Shown here in pieces: positions 38,648 to 49,144 of a stretch of DNA of 64,000 bases. Source of the DNA: an uncultured delta proteobacterium (lineage in GTDB: Bacteria; Desulfobacterota; Binatia; JACPRU01). Location: contig CAVUWD010000011.1 in the NCBI GenBank assembly GCA_963745025.1, positions 416,001-480,000 of the forward strand, written 5' to 3'. How positions within the stretch are numbered: position 1 is the stretch's first letter; the number at the start of each line of letters is the position of its first letter. The notes under the pieces are model-generated. The model saw nothing but the letters and a program-made list of their open reading frames with translations, had not been told where the DNA came from and made no database searches. The position numbers and the translations under genes are program-made.

Positions 38648-40009
38648 TCAATCCGCGCTCGGCCGTGCGAGGTCGAGGAGCTCCGACGCCCGTGGGATCC
38701 CGTCGACGCCGAGCGCGGCCGTTGCAAGCCTGGCCGCTCGCTCCGCCCCGAGGCACGGCTCGGCGAGCGCGTCGAACTTGCGGCGCAGGCGGGACCGCTG
38801 CTCCGAGAGGTCGGTCGCAGGTACGCCCGTATCCGCTTCCGCCTCGAACCGGCGCGTGCCGGCCAGGACCGCGACCCTCGCACGCGTGACCTCACGATCC
38901 GCGTCGGCCACCACGCGGACGCGATCCCGCAGCCGGATGAGCGCGGGATCCGCCATTCGCCGATCGCTGTACGTCGCGAGATCGGCCGTGTCGACGCCGA
39001 GGAGCGCCATCGCCGTCGTCGCGCGTAGGCTGAACTTCCCTTCGAGCCCGGTTCTCGGCTCGGCGATGTTGCAGACGCGGAGCAGCGCGGGCGCGACGGT
39101 CAGCTCGACGTCGTCGATCGCGGCTGGATCGATGTCGTGCCGCTGACGCAGGCCGCGCCCCGCCTCGATCGCCGCGTGGGTCAAATAGCACGCGGCGTGG
39201 TACTTGAAGAGCGTGTCGCGGACGAGGAAGCGTCCGCGCAAGCGATCGAGCCGCGAGATCTCGGGCCGATCGCCGGCGTGCGTCTCAAGGAATCCCTGCT
39301 TCGCCTCGAGCACGTCCGCGGCCGCCGTGAATCCGCCGCGCGCCAGTAGCGCCGCGAGCAACCCCGCCGAAGCCGCGCGACCCGCATGGAGCGGCTTGGT
39401 CATCGTTCCGAACGCCGACTTGAGCCCGGCCGCCTGGCTGCCGGCGAGGCCCATCGCGTGAAGCCATTGGCCGGCGCCGAGCCCGAGCAGATGCGCAGAG
39501 GCCGCCGCCGCGCCGAACGTGCCGAGCGTCGCGGTCGAGTGGAAGCCGACCTCGTAGTGCTGTGCGCCGAGCAGGACGCCGAGGCGGCACTCGAGCTCGA
39601 TCCCGGCGACGAGCGCAGTCAGCAGCGCTCGCCCCGTCACCGCCTCGCGATCGGCGAGCGCGAGAAGCGCCGGCAACACGGGGACCGTCGGGTGGCCGGT
39701 CATCCGCATGTGCGTGTCGTCGAAATCGAGCGCGTGGCCGGCTGCGCCGTTCACGAGGGCCGCCGTCAGGCGCGTGGCACGCTCGGGGCGCCCGACGAGG
39801 CGGGCTTCCCCCGAGCCCTCGGGACGGACGATCGTCTCGACGAGAATGCCGACCAGAGGCTCGCGAACGCCGGCGAGCGCAACCGCAAGGAAGTCGAGCA
39901 GACAGTGCCGCGCCGCCTCTCGGGCGTCTTCGGGGATCTCTTCGTAACGAAGCTCGCGAACCGAATCGACGAGCGCTTGGGTGACTGCGGCTCCGGCTTC
40001 ATCGTTCAT
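38648..40009 (-). CDS. MmgE/PrpD family protein
   Basis: NGAAGHALDFDD, GHP, GFHST, KPLHAG, KYHAAC, GKFS. Confidence 0.93.
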   Translation of the reverse strand: MNDEAGAAVTQALVDSVRELRYEEIPEDAREAARHCLLDFLAVALAGVREPLVGILVETIVRPEGSGEARLVGRPERATRLTAALVNGAAGHALDFDDTHMRMTGHPTVPVLPALLALADREAVTGRALLTALVAGIELECRLGVLLGAQHYEVGFHSTATLGTFGAAAASAHLLGLGAGQWLHAMGLAGSQAAGLKSAFGTMTKPLHAGRAASAGLLAALLARGGFTAAADVLEAKQGFLETHAGDRPEISRLDRLRGRFLVRDTLFKYHAACYLTHAAIEAGRGLRQRHDIDPAAIDDVELTVAPALLRVCNIAEPRTGLEGKFSLRATTAMALLGVDTADLATYSDRRMADPALIRLRDRVRVVADADREVTRARVAVLAGTRRFEAEADTGVPATDLSEQRSRLRRKFDALAEPCLGAERAARLATAALGVDGIPRASELLDLARPSAD

Positions 40010-40122
40010 GCGATCCCCTTAGCAAAAAAGCGCCACGCACGCCGCCTCCGGCTGCTTGCCGGAACTGAGAGAAGGGCGCGAGGGGCGCCAGGGATCACGC
40101 GGCCGGCGGTGGCCGACGTCGA

Positions 40123-40605
40123 TCACGAACGCTCCTCGATGATGCCGTCACGGCGGAGGGCCCAGAAGCGAGCCGGCTCATCATTCGAGACGGCCGTGAA
40201 CGACCAGCCCACGTGCGCGCGGCAGCGTCCGCAGCACGCGACCTCCCACGCATAGCCCGGATACCACGCGAACTCGGTCGTCGGCGGGCCGGCCACGGCG
40301 AGATTCTGCGCCCAGCGAACCGTCACGACTTCGTGCAGGAAGCCGTGCGGGTTGAGGAACGTTTGCGCCGTCCCCGAGGCGCTCATCGCGAAGACCGCCG
40401 ATGCGTCGCTCAGCGGCTCGCCGCACTGGCGACAAAGGATCCGCTTCGGCCGCTCGGCCGATTCTCGGTCCGCAGGAAGCGGCCCCTGCGCCCTATCCTT
40501 CGCCGGCGCGGACGACCCCGATCGGGCATCCCACGCCGGTGCCGCCGAGGCCGCAGTAGCCCCTGGGATTCTTCGCGAGGTACTGCTGGTGGTACTCCTC
40601 TGCAT
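40123..40605 (-). CDS. Bacterial cereblon-like (CULT) zinc-binding protein; start uncertain
   Basis: [32 protein letters not shown]; nearest in-frame ATG (40605) lies inside msrA. Confidence 0.85.
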   Translation of the reverse strand: MQRSTTSSTSRRIPGATAASAAPAWDARSGSSAPAKDRAQGPLPADRESAERPKRILCRQCGEPLSDASAVFAMSASGTAQTFLNPHGFLHEVVTVRWAQNLAVAGPPTTEFAWYPGYAWEVACCGRCRAHVGWSFTAVSNDEPARFWALRRDGIIEERS

Positions 40606-41152
40606 AGTAGAACTCCGGCGCGTCGCGAATCTCGGTCGTGATCGGCCCGAAGCCGGCGCCGGCGAGTCGCTGCTGATAGAGCGCGCGCGACGCCTCAGCG
40701 GCTTCGCACTGTGCCGGCGAGGCGCAGTAGATCGCGGAGCGGTATTGCGTGCCGACATCGTTGCCCTGGCGCATCCCCTGCGTCGGGTCGTGATCCTCCC
40801 AGAAGATCTTCAACAGCGCCGAGAAACTCGTGCGCTTCGGGTCGAATACCACGCGCACCACCTCGGCGTGGCCCGTCAGCCCGCTGCAGACTTCCTCGTA
40901 GGTGGGGTTCGGCGTCGAGCCGCCCGCGTAACCGACGGCGGTCGAGTAGACCCCCCCGGCTTCCCAGAACTTCCGCTCGGCGCCCCAGAAACAGCCCATG
41001 CCGAACAGCGCGAGCTCCATGCCGTCGGGGAACGGCGGCGCCAGCCGGTTTCCGCTGACGAAATGACGATCGGGTACGGGCATCGTCCGCGCCCGGCCCG
41101 GAAGGGCTTCGGCGGGAGATGGGACGTCGAGGTGGCGCTTGAAGAGGCTCAT
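40493..41152 (-). CDS. msrA: Peptide-methionine (S)-S-oxide reductase, cytoplasmic
   Basis: [41 protein letters not shown]. Confidence 0.97.
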   Translation of the reverse strand: MSLFKRHLDVPSPAEALPGRARTMPVPDRHFVSGNRLAPPFPDGMELALFGMGCFWGAERKFWEAGGVYSTAVGYAGGSTPNPTYEEVCSGLTGHAEVVRVVFDPKRTSFSALLKIFWEDHDPTQGMRQGNDVGTQYRSAIYCASPAQCEAAEASRALYQQRLAGAGFGPITTEIRDAPEFYYAEEYHQQYLAKNPRGYCGLGGTGVGCPIGVVRAGEG

Positions 41153-41299
41153 GAGAATGGCTGTAGATCGGCGGCCCTGCTGGGTCAACGCGGCGGGATC
41201 GGGTCGTCACTACGCGCTCGCCCGCGAATCCGGCAACTGCGCGGACGGAACGCTCGCCGTGGGGCGTGGACTTGCGCTACTACTAGACACTCCGGGATC

Positions 41300-42217
41300 A
41301 TGACCGCCACGCTCGACTGGCTCGGTTGTGCGACGTTTCGCCTGACGCTCGGCGGCCGCATCGTCTATCTCGACGCCTATCTCGATCGTGTGCCGAGCGC
41401 GAAGCCGATCGGCCTGGAGGTCGCCGCGATCGACCGCGCCGACTGGATCGTGGTCGGCCACTCCCACTTCGATCACCTCTACGGAGCGGAGCGGATCGCG
41501 CGGCAGACCGGCGCGACGATCATCGGCTCCTACGAGACCGTGCGCATCATGGAGGCGCAGGGGATCCCCGACCGGCAGCTGATCGCCGTCGCGGGTGGCG
41601 AGACCGTGCGTCTCTGGGAAGACGTGACGGTGAAGGTCTTCCCGAGCCAGCATTCGTGCGTCTGGTCGCACCGCGCGATGGCGGACGTCGACCAGGTCTG
41701 CCTCGGGGATCTCGGCGTCACCTACCAGGAGCAGCAGGCGCGCCTGCGCGAGCTCTTCGGCTGGCTCGCCGCGCTCGGCGACGAGGTCCTCGATCACCTG
41801 CGGGTCTCCGGCCAAGGCGGCCGCGGCGACGGCGGCCCGCTCCTCTATCTATTCGAAACGCCCGAAGGCTCGCTCCTCTACCAAGACACGTCGGGCTGCT
41901 GGACGGCCCTGTTGCGCGATCTCCGTCCCGACGTTGCGATCCTCGCCGCCGCCGGACGCGGCAATCTCGACGGCGAGCCGATCCAGGGCTCGCTCGTCGA
42001 CTTCGTCGCCCGCGAAGTCGAGCTGCTGCGCCCGCGGCGGGTGGTGCTCAGCCACCACGACGATTGGCTCCCGGGCTTTTCCCGGGCGATCGACGTCGCA
42101 CCGATTCGCGAGGCGCTCGCGCGATCGGCGGCGACGACCGATCTCGTCGAGATGGGCTACTTGGAGGGTGTTCGGATCTTCGCCGACCTTCCGACCCGAC
42201 CACGCCCGCGCGCATGA
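41300..42217 (+). CDS. MBL-fold metallo-hydrolase (UlaG-like)
   Basis: WLGCATF, GHSHFDH (HxHxDH), SHHD. Confidence 0.88.
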   Translation: MTATLDWLGCATFRLTLGGRIVYLDAYLDRVPSAKPIGLEVAAIDRADWIVVGHSHFDHLYGAERIARQTGATIIGSYETVRIMEAQGIPDRQLIAVAGGETVRLWEDVTVKVFPSQHSCVWSHRAMADVDQVCLGDLGVTYQEQQARLRELFGWLAALGDEVLDHLRVSGQGGRGDGGPLLYLFETPEGSLLYQDTSGCWTALLRDLRPDVAILAAAGRGNLDGEPIQGSLVDFVAREVELLRPRRVVLSHHDDWLPGFSRAIDVAPIREALARSAATTDLVEMGYLEGVRIFADLPTRPRPRA

Positions 42218-44328
42218 ACCCCGGCGAGCTCCGCTCCGCATTCGTCCTGGCGAGCGAATTCAAGGAGGGCGACCTCGCGCTCGGGGGGACGAGCGACGAG
42301 CGGCTGCGCGCCGAAGCTCGTCGAGCGATCGCCGCGCTGCGCGTCGGCGAGATCGCTTCCTCGGCGTTCGTCGACGACGGCGTCAGCGAGGCGCTGGCGC
42401 GCTCGCTCGACGCGCCGCTCGCGGCCGAGCTCGCTCCGTTGACGATCGCGGAGCTGAAGCGCCTTCTGCTCGGACCCGACGGCTCACGATGGGCGGCGCG
42501 AAACCGGGGCGGGCTCGGCGCCGAGGTCATCGCCGCCGTTGCCAAGCTGATGAGCAACGAGGAGCTCGCTCGCGTCGCGTGCGCGCTATTCAATCCGCTC
42601 CCCGGCGGCGGCGTCGCCATCGGATCGGCCGGACACTTCGGCTCGCGCATCCAGCCGAACAGCCCGGGCGACGACGAGGAGGAGATCCTGCTCTCAATCC
42701 TCGAGGGACTCGCCTACGGCTGCGGCGACGTCATTCTCGGCCTCAACCCCGCGAGCGACGACGTCGACACCATCGTTCGCCTCGAGCGTCTGCTCGAGGC
42801 CGTGGTGCAGCGTCTCGCGCTGCCGACGCGGTTCTGCGTGCTCTCGGACATCGTCAAGCAGACGCGCGCACGAGCCCGGACGCGGGTCGACGTCGGCTTC
42901 CAGAGCCTCGCCGGAACGTCGAAGGCGCTCGGCGGAATGGTCGGTCTCGACGTCGACGGCCTCGCCGAGCTCGCGCGCGGCTTCCCGGGCCTGTACTTCG
43001 AGACCGGCCAGGGCTCGGAGGTGACAAACGGCGCCGCCGAAGGCGTGGACATGGTGACGCTCGAGGCACGCGCGTACGGCGTGGCGCGTGCCATCGCCAA
43101 GCGGCCGGGAGAGCGAGGTTGGACGATCGTCAACGACGTCGCCGGCTTCATCGGGCCCGAAGTCTTTCGCACCCCCGCCCAGCTCGAGCGTGCCTGCCTC
43201 GAAGACGTCGTCATGGCCAAGCTTCACGGTCTCACCATGGGGCTCGACGTGTGCTCGACCTTCCACATGGGCATCGAGCCGCAAGAGCTCCGCCACCTGA
43301 CCGAGACGATCACGGTGCGCGGCGCGCCCGCGTACCTCATGGCCGTGGCGGGAAACGCCGATCCGATGCTCGGCTACCTGACGACCTCGTTTCGCGAGCA
43401 TCCGCGCCTGCGCCGGCGGACGGGCCAGCGGCTGGCGACCGCGATGGAGGAGCGCCTGACCGCGCTCGGCGCAATCGAAGCTCCGGGGAACGGGCCAGCG
43501 AGTGTCGAGCGGACCGCGCGCCTGTACGCCGCCTTTGCGAAGGCCGGAGGCGAGACCCGCTCGTCGGAGGCTCTGTGCGGCGAGGCCAAGCGCAAGATCG
43601 ACGCCCTTCGCAGCCGGGGCTTCGATCTCGGCTACGGACACGGCCCCGATTTCAGCGATCCTCCCGAGGTCCGCGCACGCATCGCCGCGCTCTACGCGCA
43701 CGCGCGGCGAGCGCTCTACGCGAAGCTCGACGACGACGCCATCGCCGATGCCGCCGCGCAACCCTTGCGCGTGCGAACGCTCGCCCGCGATCGCGACGAC
43801 TATCTCGCCCATCCGCCGTCCGGGGAGCGCATTCGCGACGAGGACGTCGCGAGGGTCGCGGGGCTTTATCCGACGCGACGTCCGGAGATTCAGATCGTCA
43901 TCGCGGATGGTCTCAACGCCGACGCGGTCAACGAGAACCTTCGCGAGGTGCTCCGGCCGATCCGACGCGGCCTTCAGGAGACCGGGCGGCATGTCGGCGC
44001 CCGCGAAGTCGTCGTCGACGACGGTCGGGTGCGCGCCGGCTACCACGTCGGCGCTCTTCTCGACGTCGATGTGGTGGTGCACCTGATCGGCGAACGGCCC
44101 GGGACGGGCCTCAATACGCTCTCCGCGTATCTCACCTACGGTCGCGACCCGCACGGACGATCGCGATGGAGCCCCGATCTCGACCACGCGGCGACGACGG
44201 CAATCTGCGGCATTCATCGGCGCGGCAAGCTTCCGCAAGCCGCCGCGGAAGAGATCGTTCGCTGCGTGGTGCGCATGCTCGCGGAGCGCTGCTCGGGCGT
44301 CGCGCTCGGCGCCACGCCGCGCGGCTGA
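42214..44328 (+). CDS. eutBC: Ethanolamine ammonia-lyase, fused large and small subunits (EutB-EutC)
   Basis: EutB: KEGD, KLMSNEEL, RIQPN, GLNP, FQSLAGT, YFETGQGS, GFIGPE; EutC: HARRA, DRDDYL, IADGL, RVRAG, LIGERPG, SAYLTY. Confidence 0.9.
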   Translation: MNPGELRSAFVLASEFKEGDLALGGTSDERLRAEARRAIAALRVGEIASSAFVDDGVSEALARSLDAPLAAELAPLTIAELKRLLLGPDGSRWAARNRGGLGAEVIAAVAKLMSNEELARVACALFNPLPGGGVAIGSAGHFGSRIQPNSPGDDEEEILLSILEGLAYGCGDVILGLNPASDDVDTIVRLERLLEAVVQRLALPTRFCVLSDIVKQTRARARTRVDVGFQSLAGTSKALGGMVGLDVDGLAELARGFPGLYFETGQGSEVTNGAAEGVDMVTLEARAYGVARAIAKRPGERGWTIVNDVAGFIGPEVFRTPAQLERACLEDVVMAKLHGLTMGLDVCSTFHMGIEPQELRHLTETITVRGAPAYLMAVAGNADPMLGYLTTSFREHPRLRRRTGQRLATAMEERLTALGAIEAPGNGPASVERTARLYAAFAKAGGETRSSEALCGEAKRKIDALRSRGFDLGYGHGPDFSDPPEVRARIAALYAHARRALYAKLDDDAIADAAAQPLRVRTLARDRDDYLAHPPSGERIRDEDVARVAGLYPTRRPEIQIVIADGLNADAVNENLREVLRPIRRGLQETGRHVGAREVVVDDGRVRAGYHVGALLDVDVVVHLIGERPGTGLNTLSAYLTYGRDPHGRSRWSPDLDHAATTAICGIHRRGKLPQAAAEEIVRCVVRMLAERCSGVALGATPRG

Positions 44329-44351
44329 GAAGAGGGAGCCTGGTCGTAAGG

Positions 44352-44447
44352 CCTCAGTTTTTGCAGGAATTCAACAAAGCCGTCGCAGAATGATCAGCGC
44401 GTGTCTTTGTGTTCGAGCCGTACTCGGATCGAACACAAACACACGCG
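44352..44447. repeat. Family B half element
   Basis: CCTCAGTTTTTGCAG end followed by hairpin CGCGTGTCTTTGTGTTCGAGCCG-TACT-CGGATCGAACACAAACACACGCG (44398-44447). Confidence 0.75.
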
Positions 44448-44522
44448 TTCCTCCTTGTTCCGCACATTGCGGTAGCCATCCTCCGGCAGAAACTGTGGCC
44501 TTACACCCGGTCCCTTTTCCTC

Positions 44523-46514
44523 CTACAGCGGCGCCGGAGGTCCACTGAGCGGCGAGAAGAAGCGCCGGTCCGCCTCCGCGCGCGCCGCGAGGTGCTGACG
44601 CAGGCGCTTGCAGATCTCGGGATGGTCGGCCGCCCGGTTCGCTTGCTCGTTCGGGTCCGTTCGCAAGTCGTAAAGCTCCTCGCTCCCGTTCGTCGCGTCG
44701 AGGATGTACTTCCAGCCCTCCTCGCGCACGCCCATTTGATAGTCGTCGTTGGCGACGAAGAAGTACGCGCGCGGGCGACGTGCCGGATCGAACAAGCTTC
44801 GCCCCTGCCACGATCCCGCCGGCGGCACGCCGAGCACGTCGGTGATCGTCTGGTTGATGTCGACGTGGCTGCCGATGATCGGCGAGCGACCGCCGTGCGG
44901 GAACAGGCGCGGGCTCCAGAGGATCATCGGCACGTGCACGTTCTCCTCGTAGAGCGCCGTGCCGTGTCCATACCCTTCGTGCGGTTCCCCGAACGCCTCG
45001 CCGTGATCACCGACGATCACCACCAGCGTGTCGCGGTCGAGCCCGCGCTGGCGCAGCGTCAGAAACAGCCGGCCGAGCTGTCGGTCGGTCTCGGCGAGCA
45101 CGTTCAGATAGCGGCCCAAGTCGTAGTCGTCCGTCGGCCGCTTGTCACCGAAGAAATCCGTCAACGGCCGGCCCGGTGTCGGCTCGTAGGGGTGATGGGT
45201 CTGCACCGTCCAACCCATGAGGAAGAACGGCTTCGCGCCGTCTTCCCCGATCCAGCGCAGCATGCCGTCGATCATGCAGCGATCCTCGACCCCCCACGAC
45301 GAGAGCGGCTCGGTGCAGTCGAGATCGCTTCCCTGTCGAATCGTTTCGAAACCTCGGTCCGCCAGGAAGCCCCTCCAGTTCGCCCAGCTGAGATCGCTCG
45401 AGGTGACGAAGCCGGTGCGGTAGCCGCGCTCTTTGAGGACGTCGGCGAGCGAGGTGCCGGGCAGCTGGGGAAAATCCGTGGTCACGTCGCGCCAGCTCAT
45501 GTGTGGCTGGACCGAAAGCAGCAGCGCGGCGAGCGCATCCGAGGAGCGCCCCGCCGGGGAATAGAAATTGCCGAACACCAGCGCGTGCTGCGCTTCGTCG
45601 GTGAGGGTCGGCGTCGCCTTGTAAGGGCTGCCATAGAGCTCCAGCCAGCGTGCCGACACCGACTCCATGACGAGCAGGATCACGTTACGTACCCGGCCGT
45701 GCCGGAAGGGAAGGCCCGTCTTGAGGCTCGCCTTCTTCAGCAAGCCGGTCTTCGTGGAGGCGGCGCCGCGCTCGGCGGCGGTCAGAAAATCGTCCCGATC
45801 CGGCTCGAGCACGGGATCGGCGAACGCCGTCGGCGCTTCACCGATCGCCGCCTTGAGCGCGGAAGCGAGAAAGGTCGTGTGCGCGTTCTCGGCGACGCGC
45901 CGGTCGATGCGGTGATTCCAGCCGCGGAAAAACTCGCGGCGACCACCCGTGCTCCACGCAACGGCCAAGACGAGAAGCGTCACGCGAAGGATTCGCCCTG
46001 ACAGCGGCGAGACCGCGCTCGTCAGAGCGTGCGAGAGCGCGGCGAGCTGCGTGACGGCAACGAGACTGGCAAGCGCGGTGAACAGCAGAGAGAACGTCAA
46101 GAACGGTGCGATCGAGGTCACGAAGCTCTTCAGCGCGCTGGAGAGGCAGAGCAGCGGGTAGGTCAGCGGAGTCAGGAAGAAGCCGAACACCACGAGATTG
46201 ACCACGCCAAAGACCGCGCTCAGCAGGTAGATCATGCAAAAGAAGGCATGCCCCGCGAGACGAAGACGCGGCGTGCGCCGAAACACGAGCACGAGTCGAT
46301 GGAGGACGCCTACGGTGCCCGCGTAGCAAACGTCACTATAGGAGATCGCCGCCAACCCGCTAACGAAGGAGGCCAAATCACCCGGCCGATCCGCGGCAAG
46401 CCATTGGAGATAGAACGCTTTGGTTGCGACCAGGACGATCGCCAGCCAGAACGCGGGCCAAAACGCCGTCAGGTTTTCGGTTGGATTTTTGCCGCGGTGA
46501 AATGCGTAAAGCAT
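44523..46514 (-). CDS. Membrane-anchored sulfatase/LTA-synthase family protein
   Basis: About 5 N-terminal TM helices; NVILLVMES, THHPY, VGDHGEAF, HVPM; start uncertain. Confidence 0.85.
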   Translation of the reverse strand: MLYAFHRGKNPTENLTAFWPAFWLAIVLVATKAFYLQWLAADRPGDLASFVSGLAAISYSDVCYAGTVGVLHRLVLVFRRTPRLRLAGHAFFCMIYLLSAVFGVVNLVVFGFFLTPLTYPLLCLSSALKSFVTSIAPFLTFSLLFTALASLVAVTQLAALSHALTSAVSPLSGRILRVTLLVLAVAWSTGGRREFFRGWNHRIDRRVAENAHTTFLASALKAAIGEAPTAFADPVLEPDRDDFLTAAERGAASTKTGLLKKASLKTGLPFRHGRVRNVILLVMESVSARWLELYGSPYKATPTLTDEAQHALVFGNFYSPAGRSSDALAALLLSVQPHMSWRDVTTDFPQLPGTSLADVLKERGYRTGFVTSSDLSWANWRGFLADRGFETIRQGSDLDCTEPLSSWGVEDRCMIDGMLRWIGEDGAKPFFLMGWTVQTHHPYEPTPGRPLTDFFGDKRPTDDYDLGRYLNVLAETDRQLGRLFLTLRQRGLDRDTLVVIVGDHGEAFGEPHEGYGHGTALYEENVHVPMILWSPRLFPHGGRSPIIGSHVDINQTITDVLGVPPAGSWQGRSLFDPARRPRAYFFVANDDYQMGVREEGWKYILDATNGSEELYDLRTDPNEQANRAADHPEICKRLRQHLAARAEADRRFFSPLSGPPAPL

Positions 46515-46713
46515 CCGTGCTTTCCGGCTGTCGGCAGCGTCTGCGCCGCGCAGCCTCGCATTCACTCTAACACGCGAGCCCGCGCGATGGCCGGGCGCGA
46601 CGGTCCGCGGGAACGTTCTGAAAATGCTCGACAAAGCAAGGACGCGAAGGCGAGACGCCGCTCTTGGCAGAAGGGGCGCGAACGCCTAGGCTCCGCCGCA
46701 GGGCGCGCCCAGC

Positions 46714-47964
46714 ATGACGGACCTCTCTGACATCGTACGCGCCGAGTTCTACGCGAAGAACGGCTATCCTCACGAGGCCTGGGAACGTCTCCGCCGCGAT
46801 TCCCCGGTCCACCGCTTCGAGTTGGATGGATACGATCCATTCTGGGCGATCACCTGTTACAGGGACATTGCCCGCGTGTCACGCCAACCCCGTCTTTTTC
46901 GCAACGAGCCACGTCTGGTCTTTTCGTCGAAGCGGTTCCCCGTGCGGCGCCCGGAAGAAGTGGCGCGGTCGCTGCTCAACATGGATCCCCCCGAGCACGG
47001 CAAGTACCGCGGGCTCGTCAATCGACGCTTCACACCGCACGCACTGTCGTTCCTCCGCCGGCACGTCGAGGATCTCTCCGCGAAGATCGTCGAGGATGCC
47101 GCTCGGGGATTGATCGACGGCATCGTCGAGGTCGGCGAATCCGATTTCGTCGCCGAGGTCGCCGCGCGACTGCCGCTCGCCGTGATCCTCGAACTTCTCG
47201 GCGTGCCGCGCAGCGACTGGGAGACGGTCTTCGACTGGACGAACCAGGCGATCGCGCCGGGCGAGCCGGAATATCGCCGCGGCAGCACGGTACTCGAGAC
47301 CGCCGAGCGCGCCCGCCTGGCCCTCTTCGATTACTTCGGCCGCTACGTGGCCGAGCGACGGCGTGAGCCTCGCGAGGACCTGGTCAGCGTGCTCGCGACC
47401 AGCCGGATCGAGGGCGAGCCGGTCAGCGACTTCGAGATCCTTTCCTACTGCTTCCTGCTTGCCGTTGCGGGCAACGAGACCACGCGGAACGCGACGTCCG
47501 GCGGCGTACTGGCGCTGATCGAGCATCCCGGCGAGCTCCGGCGCCTGCGCGAGGATCCGGGACGATTGCCCTCTGCAGTCGAAGAGGTCCTGCGCTGGAC
47601 GTCGCCCGTCATCCACTTCTGCCGTACCGCCTGCGAAGACACGGAGCTCCGCGGCCAAACGATCCGCAAGGGAGATCTGTTGATCCTCTTCTATCCGTCG
47701 GCCAATCGCGACGAGGAGGTGTTCCCCGAGCCCTTCCGCTTCGACGTCGGACGCTCGCCGAACGAGCATCTCGCGTTCGGCATCGGCGAGCACTTCTGCC
47801 TGGGCGCGAATCTCGCGCGGCTCGAGCTCCACGCGATCCTCGGGGAAGTCGTCCGTCGGCTCGACGCGCTCGAGCTCGCCGGCCCCCTGGAGCGTGTGCG
47901 GTCGAGCTTCGTCGGCGGCATCAAGCGCATGCCGGTACGCTTCCGTATGCGCCCCGCAATTTGA
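46714..47964 (+). CDS. Cytochrome P450 (CYP125/142-like)
   Basis: MDPPEH, AGNETT, EEVLR (ExxR), FGIGEHFCLG heme Cys. Confidence 0.96.
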   Translation: MTDLSDIVRAEFYAKNGYPHEAWERLRRDSPVHRFELDGYDPFWAITCYRDIARVSRQPRLFRNEPRLVFSSKRFPVRRPEEVARSLLNMDPPEHGKYRGLVNRRFTPHALSFLRRHVEDLSAKIVEDAARGLIDGIVEVGESDFVAEVAARLPLAVILELLGVPRSDWETVFDWTNQAIAPGEPEYRRGSTVLETAERARLALFDYFGRYVAERRREPREDLVSVLATSRIEGEPVSDFEILSYCFLLAVAGNETTRNATSGGVLALIEHPGELRRLREDPGRLPSAVEEVLRWTSPVIHFCRTACEDTELRGQTIRKGDLLILFYPSANRDEEVFPEPFRFDVGRSPNEHLAFGIGEHFCLGANLARLELHAILGEVVRRLDALELAGPLERVRSSFVGGIKRMPVRFRMRPAI

Positions 47965-47998
47965 TATTCGGTCGCCCGGGGAGATATTCCCCGATTCG

Positions 47999-49144
47999 AT
48001 GGCAGGCAAGCGGGTCAATGTAAGCGAACTCTTTTCCGCGACGCAGGCGCGCGGTAAGCAAGCACGCGAGCGCGCCCGCGCCGTCGAGAAGCTCAGCCTA
48101 TCCGAAGAGCGCTTCTTCCAGGTCTTTCAGGCAAGCCCGGTCGCGATTATCCTCCGCACCCTGGACGAGGGGCGGGTCATCGATGTCAACGCCCGCTACG
48201 CGGAGCTGGTCGGCTTCGAGCGCGAAGAGCTCGTGGGTCATACCGTCGACGAGATGGGCTTGTGGGTCGACCGGAACGAAGGCGAGCACGTTCTCGCGCG
48301 GCTCCGGCGCGAAGGGACGTTGCGCAACGTCGAGGGTCGGTTTCGTCACAAATCGGGAGAGATCCGTGACGTGCTGATCTGGGGCGAGCTGACCGAGATC
48401 GACGGCGAGGCGGTCGTCATCGGCTTGATCATCGACATCACCGAGCGCAAGTCGATGGAGACGGAACTGATGCGCTCACGAGAGCAGCTCCGGTTGCTGA
48501 GCGCGCGCCTGCAGCAGATCCGCGAGGAGGAGAGGATCCGCATCGCTCGTGAGCTCCACGACGAGCTCGGGGGCTTCTTGACCGTGCTGAATCTCGACCT
48601 CTCGTCGCTCGGCAAGGAGCCGACGACCCAGTCGCCCTCCTTTCGCCAGAAGCTCGACGCCATGTCGAAGACGATGGTCGCGGCGATCGGCTCGGTGCGA
48701 AGGATCTGTAGCGACCTTCGCCCGAGCGTCCTCGACCACATCGGACTCACCGCGGCGATCGAGTGGCAGGTGCAGGAGTGGCAGGAAAAGACCGGCGTTC
48801 GCTGCTCGATGTCCGCGATGATCGACGACGAAAGCCTCGATGCCGGACGCGCGACGGCGGCATTCCGCGTGCTGCAGGAATCGCTCACCAACGTGGCCCG
48901 CCACGCGCAGGCCACCAGCGTCCGCGTGCGGCTGTGGACCGAGGGAGCGCAGCTGCGTCTGGAGGTCCGCGACAACGGCCGCGGGATCGCGGAAACGACG
49001 ATCGGCGAGCCCACGTCGCTCGGTCTGCTCGGCATGAAGGAACGAGTGCTCTCGTTCGGCGGCACCGTGGACGTGCACGGCGCCGCGGGCGAAGGGACCA
49101 CGGTGGACGTGTCCATTCCGCTCGAGGAAGCCGCGACGTCGTGA
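47999..49144 (+). CDS. PAS-domain sensor histidine kinase (HisKA_3, NarX/UhpB type)
   Basis: PAS region; ERIRIARELHDELG, LRPSVLD, QESLTNVARHA, DNGRG, GLLGMKER. Confidence 0.93.
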   Translation: MAGKRVNVSELFSATQARGKQARERARAVEKLSLSEERFFQVFQASPVAIILRTLDEGRVIDVNARYAELVGFEREELVGHTVDEMGLWVDRNEGEHVLARLRREGTLRNVEGRFRHKSGEIRDVLIWGELTEIDGEAVVIGLIIDITERKSMETELMRSREQLRLLSARLQQIREEERIRIARELHDELGGFLTVLNLDLSSLGKEPTTQSPSFRQKLDAMSKTMVAAIGSVRRICSDLRPSVLDHIGLTAAIEWQVQEWQEKTGVRCSMSAMIDDESLDAGRATAAFRVLQESLTNVARHAQATSVRVRLWTEGAQLRLEVRDNGRGIAETTIGEPTSLGLLGMKERVLSFGGTVDVHGAAGEGTTVDVSIPLEEAATS

